The notes below the pieces were generated by a model. The model worked only from the letters and a program-made list of their open reading frames with translations, searched no databases and was not told the origin of the DNA. A DNA stretch of 64,000 bases from Gracilinanus agilis (lineage: Eukaryota). A program made the position numbers and the translations under genes. The stretch is taken from assembly GCF_016433145.1 (NCBI RefSeq), contig NC_058135.1:280144930-280208929 (forward strand). The letters run 5' to 3'. Positions 37,304-47,940 of this stretch are shown here, piece after piece (positions within the stretch are counted from its first letter, which is position 1; the number at the start of each line of letters is the position of its first letter).

Positions 37304-37417
37304 ATGGCTTCCTCGGAGCAGACACCCCTCACCCCTCACCCCCGGGACCTCTGCACCCGTTCTATCTGGCTAGCAAGGAAGATCCGCTCAGACTTGACCG
37401 CCCTCCTAGAGACTTAT
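37304..37417 (+). CDS. CNTF: Ciliary neurotrophic factor, coding exon 1
   Basis: taagggATGGCT... encodes MASSEQTPLTPHPRDLCTRSIWLARKIRSDLTALLETY (38 aa), then a phase-0 donor TAT|gtgagt. Not captured by the ORF track. Confidence 0.97.
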
Positions 37418-38816
37418 GTGAGTATCCAGCTGAAATCATTGCTTCTTCCCACACCAGCTTCCCCAAGGTACTGAGATGAGAGCAAAAGACTACGAGAAGC
37501 AGTTAGGAAGGGTTTCTGCCTGTTGATGCAGAACTACACAGAACAGCAAACAACATTACAAACCATGGTTTGAGTGGACCCAGAAGTCAGCATTCGGGGT
37601 TCATCTGGGGCTGAATTGGGGAAAGGGGAAGGTTTGCTGAAGGGATTCTTGGGCAGGGCTGGAGAGTAAAGAGATGGCACAAGATGCCTCTGCTTTCTCC
37701 CACCCTCTTCTGTGACACCTTGATCTCTGGGAATGTGAAAGTGAGGGGGACAATACTCTTTATATCCTCCCGGGGATGTGATGTAGGCAGCCATGGGGGA
37801 CTGAAAACGGCCCAGGAGATGGCATTTGCCAGAGATTTTTAGTTCATGGGATCACAGATTTAGCATTTAGAAGGGACCTTTGGATATCATCTACAAATAG
37901 GGAAAAGAATAGGGTGGCAAAGCCTTGCCAGGAGGCCACAAGGTAGCAAAGCCACGATTCGAACCCTGTTCCTTAGACTTCATTGCTTTTCCATTCTCCC
38001 ATACTGTCCCCACCCTTCACCCCTGCCATGAATTTAGGGTTCTTGAGGTTTATCTAATCAGAAATGGGCTGGGAGTAGGAGGTGCAATGATGGGTTATGG
38101 GGGCCACTTGCAAGTTTGTTGTGACAAGATAAGGCATTTACCCTCTGTGTTCAGCCTTTGTGTTTTTTAAAGTTCATTTTAAAGTTCTGTGTGTCTGCTC
38201 TGTGCAGTGTTTACTAAATGAGGAGCTGGAGTGATTTTTCTTAAATTGGGAAGAGAGCAGCATGAAATCAGAACAGGTTCTCCCAGACTGTGACTGTACA
38301 CATTGTACACATCCTTCTCTTGATTGCCCTTGGACTTGGTACCCAGAAGCCTTATGTCTCCCCCCCCCCCAAAAAAAAAAAAAAAAAACAACTAGCATTT
38401 AGCTGTAGAAAGGACTTGCTAGGAGATTAAAACGAAAGCTGAGATCTAAATCCCTGAGAAGCTCTGCTCTAAGCTCTGGGTTCCTAAGCAGAGAGAACCT
38501 CAACAACCTCTGTGTCACCCTTGTGAAAACAACTCTCCTGAAGTGTTGTTCTCTGGGGCTTCAGGGACGTTCCCGTTCCCCTAATCACATCCTCTGAGTT
38601 CTCTTTTGCAGCTCCATTCCTAGAGGCATGCTCTCACCACCGGCATGAGCATAGAGATATATGGTCTAGCTTTCTAGATAGGTCACTGCTTCCTCCTTTT
38701 AATTTCTGTCCTGAATCCTATCGAGACAGGCCTTTTTTAATTGGATTTGCAGGCATACCTATAGCTGAGTTTTAAAGACTTCATGCTTTCCTATATTTCT
38801 TCCCACTCTTGACTAG

Positions 38817-39308
38817 GTTGAGTATCAGGGCCTGAACAAGAGCATCGACCTAGATTCTGTGGATGGGGTGCCGACGGCCAGCACGGACCGCTGGAGTGAG
38901 CTGACGGAGGCAGAACGACTACAAGAAAATCTCCAAGCTTATCGCACCTTCCACTTGCTCCTGACTGAGGTCCTGGAGGACCAGAGGGCACAGTTCACCC
39001 CCACAGAAGGAGAATTCCACCAGAAGATCCACAGGGTCCTACTCCAAGTGGCTGCCTTTGCTTACGAGATCGAGCAGCTGATGGGGCTGCTGGGACATCA
39101 GGCCCCGTCTCAAGAGACAGACAGGATGCCGGACAGCGACGGTCGCCAAACTTTCTTTGAAAAGAAACTGTGGGGCATGAAGGTGCTGCAGGAGCTCATG
39201 CAGTGGACAGTGAGGTCCATCCGTGACCTCCGTGTGATCTCTTCTCCGGGCCAGAACAGGGTCCCAGCCCATGGGAGCCAGCAGCAACCAGAGGCCCAGC
39301 CCATGTAG
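38817..39308 (+). CDS. CNTF: Ciliary neurotrophic factor, coding exon 2 (total 201 aa)
   Basis: gactag|GTTGAGTATCAGGGC... encodes VEYQGLNKSIDLDSVDGVPTASTDRWSELTEAERLQENLQAY...FFEKKLWGMKVLQEL...; stop TAG at 39306-39308. No signal peptide, as expected for CNTF. Confidence 0.98.
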   Translation, partial: VEYQGLNKSIDLDSVDGVPTASTDRWSELTEAERLQENLQAYRTFHLLLTEVLEDQRAQFTPTEGEFHQKIHRVLLQVAAFAYEIEQLMGLLGHQAPSQETDRMPDSDGRQTFFEKKLWGMKVLQELMQWTVRSIRDLRVISSPGQNRVPAHGSQQQPEAQPM

Positions 39309-40149
39309 CTTCTCCCCTCTGTTCCCTCCTCTACGGAGCAGCATTCACCATGTGGAAAATGTGCCTTTGTGGCTCTGGCGCCGCCATTCTTCTCTTTCTC
39401 ATCCTCTTCCTGTATTGAAGATCCTTGGAAGGACTCATGCAGAAAAGTCCATTTCATTCCATCCGGGGGCCGAGCCTGCATCTGTGACTTCCTCACATCC
39501 CACTGACCAGATCACACCGTTCAGGGCAGCTGGATCTCCAGCCACCCCTTTCCCTTGTTCTTTGTCTATCCCTGAGACAGAAGGAGGCGCAGGTGATGAA
39601 GGCAGCATCCTATGGGGTATCTGATTAGTGGTTGGGCAGCATTTCAGCACAGCCTGCTGACCACCTCTAAAGCGCCTGAACTGTGGTTATGACTTACATG
39701 AACAAACCACTCGTCCTTTCGAGGGAACCTCGTGGTCTCCTTCCAGAAAGGGCTTCCAAGTCCTCTGACCCCTCGCCACTGGAACTCTGGGATAGCGTTT
39801 CTGATTTCTTCATAACATGTCTCTTGCTGATGGTGATTGAGTCTTAAGCTAGGCATATACTAACTGTATAACCTGACCTTGTTTGGGGGAATTGCACGTA
39901 CTTCAGGACAATATACAATTGAGATGTTTTCATCTGTGGTGGTCAATGGTAAGCTATTCAGATAGGAAAAACTTGGAACACCGCGGTCGCCATATTCATG
40001 GACTGGGTCACAAGGCAAGGGAAAGATCTCTCTTACAAGACTGGAACGTCAGAGGATGTGATACTGAAACAATGAAAACATCAACTAATGAATGAAGGAC
40101 AGCCTCAGAGGAGAGAGGACGGGAAGGGTAGTCATGTGGCAGTGGATAG

Positions 40150-40335
40150 TCCTCTTCCTGAATTCAAACCTGACTTGGGACACTAGCTCTGTGACCCCTG
40201 GCAAGTCACCTAACCTTACGTGCCTCAGTTTCTCCTCTCTAAAGTGAACTTGAGAAGGAAATGGCAGACTACTCCAATATCTCTGCCAAGAAAACACCAA
40301 ATGGAGTCTTGAGTGAGACATGACTGACCAAGAAA
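40150..40335 (+). mobile_element. CORE-SINE (MAR1-like)
   Basis: gtgaccccctggcaagtcac-like core, gcctcagtttctc, gagaaggaaatggcagactactccaatatctctgccaagaaaac. Confidence 0.75.
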
Positions 40336-41430
40336 AAAAAATGGAGGGCAGGGTAAGTCCTGCCAGATTAATGAAAAAATCTGAACTGTGGAATACTGGG
40401 AAAGAAATCACTATATTGCTTCTGAAGGTGGTAAATCTTGCGAATTACTTAATGGGTTAATCAGAGTAGATGAAATATAGACTTTATATGTTCCCCAAAA
40501 CTGTCCTGGGGTGTGCCGTTTATTTAAAATTGTCATTCTCTATAAGACAAATTCCACGATGAAGGGGCAGCTTCTTCCTCCTCTCCCTTCCCCACCCCAC
40601 ATACACATTGGACATCTTCAGGCAAAAAGCCAGATGCCTATTTGCAGGAATCTGCTAGGAAAATTTTAGAAGTAAAGGCTGGAATGGAGGCCCACCAAGG
40701 TCTCTTCCACCTCCAAAATTCTGTCATTCCATGACTCTCCTAGATTTTGACTACATAGACCAAGAAGGTGGGACTCTGCTGGTTGCTAGGATGGGCTACA
40801 AGTATTTCTGGTATCCTGTGGATGCAGCACATCTGAAATGGGCGAAATAAACAGGAGAAAGGTGTGATTGTAGAATTTAGAGCTGGAAGAGACCTTAAAA
40901 GCCAACTAGTCTAAGCTGCCCCTTTCCCAATGGAAGAAGCAGACACAGAGGGGAAGTGGCTTGTCCAGAGCCTCCAGAGCAGAGGGTTGAGCCTGGTCCT
41001 GCCTCCACAGCCTGTGTTTCAGGTAGAACAATCCTAACCAAAGGTGTCATGAGAGCAGAGTTGGCTTCTCCCTGCCAAAGGCTAACCCTTCCAGATAGAT
41101 GAATCGCCAACTCTCAGAGCATTGATAGCTCGAGATAAAGCCGCTGGACCTCTGGGCCCTTTTTAAGTCATTGTGGAAACAGGATGAAAAAGATGATGCC
41201 ATTTTTTTCTCAGATGGAGAGTGGGCTCTAGGAGTGGTGAGGAGGGACATCAGTGAAGCCTAGGACAGTCAGTGAAGACATCTTGGAGTGAGATTTCAGT
41301 TTAGTCTCTGAGGAAAATTCAAGGGCAAATCACGAAACAGAATACTCCTGATGTGTTCACTGGACAATGTGAACATGGTCCTGATTGGAGTAGAGGTTTG
41401 GGGAGAATAAAGGGTAGAAAAGTGGTTCCT

Positions 41431-41582
41431 GGGGCAGCTGGGTGACTCAGGATGGAGCACCAGCACTAGAGATAGAAGGTCCTGGGTTCAAATCCGGCCT
41501 TAGACACTTCCTAGTTGTGTGACCCTGGGCAAGTCACTGAACCCCAACTACCTATTCCTTATTGCCTTTCTGCCTTGGAACC
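41431..41582 (+). mobile_element. SINE1_Mdo-like SINE
   Basis: ggggcagctgggtgactcag...ttctgccttggaacc. Confidence 0.85.
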
Positions 41583-42085
41583 TTAAATCGGAGATTAATG
41601 AGATCACAACTTCCATAGAATGTTAGAACTAGAAGAGAATTAAGATAGTAAAATCTCATCTGTTTTATAAAGGAGAAAGTTCCTGCCTAGAGAGGCTGCG
41701 AGTTGGCCCAACATTTCACAGTGAGTTGAGATCTCTTTGGAATTAGTGCCCAAATGTAAGAATTCCAATTCTGTTCCCTCCCACTCCCTTTCCATACTGC
41801 CTCTTAAAATGGAAGAGGAGCTAACCCTAACCATAGGAGAGCATGGAGTGCAGCAGAGTGGTGGGTTCAAATCTTGCTTCTAAAAATGGCTACCTGGTGA
41901 CCTTGAGCAAGTTACTTAACCCCTTCAACCTCAATCTCCCTGCATTTAAAATGAATGAAGGGGTTGATTTAGTTCTAGGGTCTCCTGAGCCAAAAGGAAA
42001 AGTTGGTTCTGACCTCGAGAGAATGTTTTATTCATTTTAATGAGCTCTTGGCCTGAATCTTAGTGCCTGCATCACCAAAAAAAAA

Positions 42086-42278
42086 TTTTTAACCCTTAAC
42101 TTCCTTCTTTGAATCAATACTGTGTCTGGTTCTTGGGCAGAAGAACGGTAAGGGGTAATGGGGGTCAAGTGACTTGCCCAGGGTCACCCAGCTGGGAAGT
42201 GGCTGAGGCCAGTTTTGAACCCAGGACCTCTTGTCTCTGGGCCTGGCTCTCCATCCACTGAGCCACCCAGCTGCCCCC
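42086..42278 (-). mobile_element. SINE1_Mdo-like SINE
   Basis: Full-length reverse complement. Confidence 0.88.
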
Positions 42279-42909
42279 TGTGTCAGCCAATATAATTGTG
42301 TCTATTCAGCTTGGAGCTGCTAACTGCCTAGAACATGCCACCCTCAGAATGTCAGAATGAATCACAATGAACAGCCTGCACTTCGCAGTTTTCTGTGCAC
42401 TTTCATTTCTAGGCCACATTCCCCCACCAAACTGATTCTCTTCGAGAGCCTGGGAGGATCCCCTCCTTGGACCCTTTGGGGCTCAGAAGTGAGGCTTCTC
42501 AGAGCTCAGATCCTAGGCTTTAGGGAGCAGAAACAAAAGAAAATGAAGTTTTTCTGCTTCTTCTCGGACTGAGGGCAGGACGTCTGGGAAACATTGTAGA
42601 ATGATTCTGTGCCTCTCCCCCTGCCCTGAACAGCCTCCGGAGGGCGGCCCAGTCCGGCCTGGCCCGATGGGAGTCCACCCTAAAGGAGTCAGTCATTTCT
42701 GAAGTGGAAAAACAAACAAGTGGGGCGTTGAGCATCTGGTGAGTGCGAGGAGGGAGTGGAACGTTCAAACCGTTTCTTCCCTTGGAAAGTGTAAGGGGAT
42801 AAACGGAGGTTCTTGTCTGTTGGCGAACTAAGAAGATGCAGAGTTTCTTATAAGCAAGGGAGAAGGATGGTTTCAGGCCCTCCTGAAACAAAGTCGAATG
42901 GGCTACCTG

Positions 42910-43115
42910 TTTTGTTTTTTTTAACATTGACCTTCCATTTTAGAAGCAATCCTGTGTATTAGTTCCAAGACAGAAGAGTAGTCGGGGCTAGACATTGGGG
43001 GTGAAGTGACTTGTCCAGGGTCACACAGCTAGGAAGTGCCTGGAGCCAGATTTGAACTCAGGTCCTCCCATCTTTAGGCCTGGCTCTCCATCCACAGAGC
43101 CACCCAGCTGCCCCC
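42910..43115 (-). mobile_element. SINE1_Mdo-like SINE
   Basis: Full-length reverse complement ending cacccagctgcccc. Confidence 0.85.
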
Positions 43116-43399
43116 CCTCTCTCATTCTTCAGCATTGGAACTAAGACAACCCAGTGACAGTAGTAGAGTCCAATTCTCTGCCCTGGTCTCTGTTGGGAGG
43201 CCTAACAGAGCCCTGGAAGCCTCCACTTAGTCATTTTATTTCTTCTGTGTGTCACGCTGACTCTCACCTGCTGCTCCCCCTTGGATGGGGGAAATGAGAG
43301 ATGAGGCAGACTCCGGGCTGCAGGCTCTTCTTCTAACCTAGATTTGGGTTCGGGGAGCCAAGACGCAGAGCAGATTCCCCCAGCTGTTCTTATCAAGCA

Positions 43400-46300
43400 G
43401 GGGCTGTGCAGCATCGGCTGAGCCCAGGAGGCCAGCCTGTTAAGAGCCCAGAGGACCAGGAGGAGAAGCCAGATTTCTCCTCAGACCCCTGAGGTCTCTC
43501 CAACTGCCCACCCACTCGTAGTTGGGCACAATTTCATGAGAGGCCGGGCCTTCCCGGCCAGAATCCTGGGGTCCAGTCTTGTAGCTCCAGGGCTGGGAAT
43601 CCTGGGAGGTGGTTCCTTGGCCTCTTCTCTGGGCAGGGTGAGATCTGCACACCACAGTCAGGGAGGGTCCAAATACCCCAGGCAGACCCGCCAGAGAACA
43701 GAAGAGGCCAGGAGCTTCCCAACCAGGGCCCAACCCCCCACCATCCCCCATCTCTAGAGAAGGCCAGCCTGGACTCTCCTCTTCCATCCCATCCTCCTCT
43801 CCAGGGACGAGGTTCCACCCTGCCAGACCTCAGGCTGGAGACTGACTGCCCCTGGAGCCATTGTTGGGGGAGCCTCACCCCAACACCCGCATGTGGGGGC
43901 ATTGTGAGCCCCAAGAGGGGTGGAGGAAGAAGGTAATGGAGGTGAGGGGGCGGCTCAGCCTTTAGAGGTTACTTTGTGACATCCATGGACACCCAGCCTC
44001 ATCTCTGAGCCCCTGAGGCCTGGGAGTCCTCCCTCCCCCCAGGGTGGCCAGGTCGGTGTGGCTGAAGTCCTGCCTAAACCCCTCTGGGCGCTTAGCTCCT
44101 CCTCAGGGGTTCTGCCCCACTCCCACCCTCGGCCTGGCTTCCTCTGGGACCCAGGAAATCACCTTATCGGCTCTGGAGAGTGGAGGCGGCTTATAGTGGG
44201 GGAAAGGACTAGGCCGGAGCCTGGCTCTGCCACCAGCGGGCCGCGTGACCTTGGACAAGTCACCCCTCTAAGGCTGGCACGACCCCTCCAGGCTCTGATT
44301 CACCTGTAAAAGGAGGGCGAAGGTGGAAAGACAACGCTGGAGCCTTTGGGTTTGCGGCTCATTTTTTTCTCACCACAGCCACGGGGGAGAGGCGCCAGGA
44401 TGACCCTCATTGACAATGCAGACACTGAGGCAGACAGACATGAAGTGACTTGGCCAGGGTCACACAAGTGTCAGAGGCCAGACTTCCATTCTGTCCTTCG
44501 TAACTCCGGCCCGGCACCCATCTACCAGCCTCCTCGCTTCGGTGGTGCAGAGCGGCCCCAACCTCCAGCTCGGCCCACCTGGACGGGGCCTCGGGGGAGC
44601 GACAGCGTCAGTGAGGCACCGCGACTTCCGCGGGAAAGTGGGGGTGGGGCGGGGGGGGGGTCTCTAGGGTCCGACCCAACTGACACTGCGCTGAGGCATC
44701 GCCGCCCGGAAGGGATGCAGAGCCGGGCAAAGCCGGACAGTTCCAGTCTGGCACCGCTAGAGGCCGCCTGAGCCTAGCTTACACGGGATGACGGCCGAGA
44801 GGAAGTGCGCGTGTGGTCTGGTCTCTGTCTGTCTCCTCCCCTCCCCCATTGCTCCCGTCTGCACGTCTGACGTCACTAAGCAGGTGCCGGGTTCGGGCCT
44901 CCTGGCTGCGTTGGTGGGGGCCGCCACTCTCCGTCTCCCGCGCAGATCTTGAGGCTCTGGGCAGCTCCCCGCAGACCACGAAGCCCAGCCTTTGAAGGCG
45001 AGCGCTGGGCTGACGGTCCACCGAGATCTGGATTCACATCTTGCCTCCAGCAGTTCCTAGATGTGATCACGGGCAAACCGTCTAACGTCTCTAAGCCTCA
45101 GTTTGTCCGTCTGTAAAATGAGGGCACCGAGGCCCGCCCTCTCCACCTCGCAGCGTGGTGCGGAAATCCTTTGGCTGCCCGCACGGCCATCCCGGAGCCA
45201 AAGGCCCACTTCTGGAAGGGGCAGAGCCGGGAATCTGCCTCTAACCCATGCCGTCATTTCCACACCTCTGTGTATCCCCTGTAGCCCCCGACGAGTTACG
45301 GGTTAGGAGAGGAGCCTCCTTCCCAGCAGGCTCGCCATTTTCCTTTTCTGTATTAGTCAGAAAATGTTCCTCAGCGTAGGTGCTCCCAGCGTGGAAAATC
45401 CCTCCACACACACAGAACAGCCATTGTTTTATATAGGATCCTGTCATACTTGCTGAAACACTAAGAGGTGCGGTGCTGGAGGAAGGATTCGAACTCGGGT
45501 TTGGGGCTTTTTTTAACCCTCACCTTCTGCCTTTCAATCCATACCATGTCTTGGTTCCGAGGCAGAAGGGCAGTCAGGGCTGGCCAACAGGGGTTCTGTG
45601 ACTCACCCAGGGCAGCCGCTAGAAAGGGTCCGAGGCCAGACTGGAACCCAGGCCCATTCATCCCTTCTTTTGATTCCATTTTTTTTTTTTAACTTTCTCC
45701 TTCCGTCTCAGCCTCAGGCTAACCGCTCCACTCCCTGGGCCCCAAGTCTGGTCTGTTCTGAGCCTGCCACCTGGCTTTACATCTGAAGTTAATGTGGGGA
45801 AGGCCCGGAGCGCTCACAGACAGGGACAGCCGTCCTTCCTCCGCGGCCTGCCACCGCCCGGCTAAGAAAGAGAAGCGCGGCTTCGACAGACGGCCCCACT
45901 CAAAACGGCTTCCCACACCGGCCTCCTCGGCTCTTTGGGCCTCAGTGTCTCCACTTGTAAAATGGGGATAAAATGTGCCCACACAGTCCAGAGCAGGGGG
46001 CCTCCCTCCAAACCAGGAAGGCCTGGGTTCAAGTTCTCCCCCTCCAATACTTGTGGTGTGACTCTGGGCAAATCTCTGCGCTCTGGGTTCTCTAGGGAAG
46101 GAGGGGAGCAGAGGGGAGGCAGCTAGGTCCTACAGGGGACGGAGTCCTGGGCCTGGAGGCTTCCGAGTTCAAATCCGGCCTCAGGCGCTTGCCAGCCAGG
46201 CAAGCCCAGGACAAGTCACTTCATTCTGTCTGCCTCAGTTTCCTCATCTGTAAAATGAGCCAGAGAAGGAAATGGCGAACCCCTCCAGGATCTTCACCAA

Positions 46301-47500
46301 AAAAACCCCAATGAGGTCCTACAGAGTCGGACCCACTGACCAGCGACAACAATAACCTGAGGGAGTTGGAAGGGAATTACCTCACAAGGGAGTTCTAACG
46401 AGATCCCAGATCCGCTCCCATCCCCCTCCCCACGCTGCTCTCAGTTGGAAATGAAATAATGTCTGTCAGGTCTTGGGTTATCTCCATCTCTATGGCTCCT
46501 CAGGACGCGTGGGTTGCTATGAGGACGCAGGCGGGAGCTTTGTGACGAGCCAATCAGCATCGGCACAAGGGCCCCCTCCTTTGAGTGGGCTCCAATCAGG
46601 CAAAAGGAACGGGAAGTCCTCCCGGGGTGTTTAACATATCATTAGCATATTATTTGCATGGTGGTTTCCCCACCCCCATATGGGAAACAAGGTGAATTCT
46701 GGGTAAAGTGGCGCTGCCAAAACAAACGAGCCCTTCCTTAGTAACTAAACAAGACAAGCGCTCCTGAAGACCCCCCTCCCCCCGAGTCTATCTAGCAGCA
46801 GCGCCCTTCCGGGCTCTCCCCCCAGCCAAAGGTCCCCTCCCTAAGGGACGGGTCAGCAATGCTTTGGAAGGCCCCAGGCTCGCCCCCACCGCAGGCCTCT
46901 TTATCCATCCCTAACTACCTCCATCCTGCTCCTTCTCTGCCCCAGCTCTGCAGGGAATGGCCCGAAGGCCAGGCTTCAGGCTTCCTTTTCTGCTTCTGGT
47001 CGGAAATGGAGAGAGCCCCGGGCAGGTGTCTGAGCCGCCAGTCAGTCACTGGAGAGGGTGTGCCGGGAGGCCTCGCACTGGCTCCGGCCTGGGGCTCCAT
47101 GAAGCCGTAGCAGGCCCAGCCGCCACCTGCCACAGCAGACCCGCTTCTCCAGGGGGCGCCTGCCCAAGCGGGTGAAGACTTCTGGGAGGGAGCAGAGGCC
47201 AGGAGGCAGCCAAAGCGGGCCCTGTGGAGCCCTTGGAGCCTGGTCAGACGTCCAAGACCCGCCCCTGCGCTCATCCCAACTTGGGCCTTGCCATAGACTT
47301 TGATGACTCTGGAAGAGAAAAGGAGGCCGAGGATTGTGCCTGGCTCTGCCGCACTTCAGTCCAGGGCAAGCCGGAGTCAAGATGTCGCCCCTTGATGCCA
47401 TGGTTGGTCCTTTCCCAAAAGGAAGGACAAAAGACCACACGGGATACTTCTTTTATAATGAGAGAAGGCTCGTTCTCTTATTTTCCTCTGCGAGTGTGTA
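43400..47500. promoter_or_regulatory. GC/CpG-rich island with promoter-like motif clusters and no identifiable coding gene
   Basis: High GC and CG density. AGAGGAAGTG 44798-44807, TGACGTCA 44868-44875, GGAAAATCCC 45393-45402, CCAAT 46550 and 46592, ATTAGCAT 46641-46648, ATTTGCAT 46652-46659. Confidence 0.6.
46119..46350 (+). mobile_element. CORE-SINE (MAR1-like) inside the CpG island
   Basis: gcctcagtttcctcatctgtaaaatgagccagagaaggaaatggcgaacccctccagg...acagagtcggac. Confidence 0.8.
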
Positions 47501-47684
47501 TCAGGAGCTTCCAGAAATAACGTGGTATAAAAACAAGGCATTTATACACCTTTTTAGGGCAGGAGGGGGGAGCGCGAGCTTCCATGGATTTTTCAGATCT
47601 CTTCCGGTTTTAAGATCCTTTTAGATTTCATTTTTATGGGGTTGGAGAAAGAGTGGAATATCACAGATGAATAATAATACTAAG

Positions 47685-47940
47685 GGGGGGGGCAGTTGGG
47701 TGACTCAGTGGGTTGACAGCCAGGTCTAGAGAGGGGAGGAGCAACTAAGTAGCACAGCAGATACAGCACTAGGCCTGAAGTTGGGAGGACCTGGTTCAAA
47801 TCTGGCCTCAGACACCTCCTAGCTGTGTGACCCTGGGCAAGTCACTTAACCCCCATTGCCGAGCCCTTACCACTCTTCTGCCTTGGAGCCAATACACAGT
47901 ACCAATTCCAAGATGGAAGGTGAGGGTTAAAAAAAAAAAT
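47685..47940 (+). mobile_element. SINE1_Mdo-like composite (two SINE heads, one tail)
   Basis: gggcagttgggtgactcagtgg... then a second head gcaactaagtagcacagcagatacagc..., ending aaggtgagggttaaaaaa. Confidence 0.8.

Noticed and set aside
45405-45470. U6-like PSE plus TATA on the minus strand
   Set aside because: The CAAGTAT-to-TATA spacing is about 10 nt, shorter than in U6 promoters, and no known small RNA follows.
46513-46557. MHC class II-type S-X-Y module
   Set aside because: X-like, CRE and Y-like motifs are present, but their order relative to their orientation is the reverse of the SXY arrangement.
46400-46950. snRNA or other Pol III type-3 gene implied by the octamers
   Set aside because: No U1, U2, U4, U5, U6, U7, U11, U12, 7SK, Y or vault sequence was recognised at the expected distance on either strand, and there is no convincing PSE.
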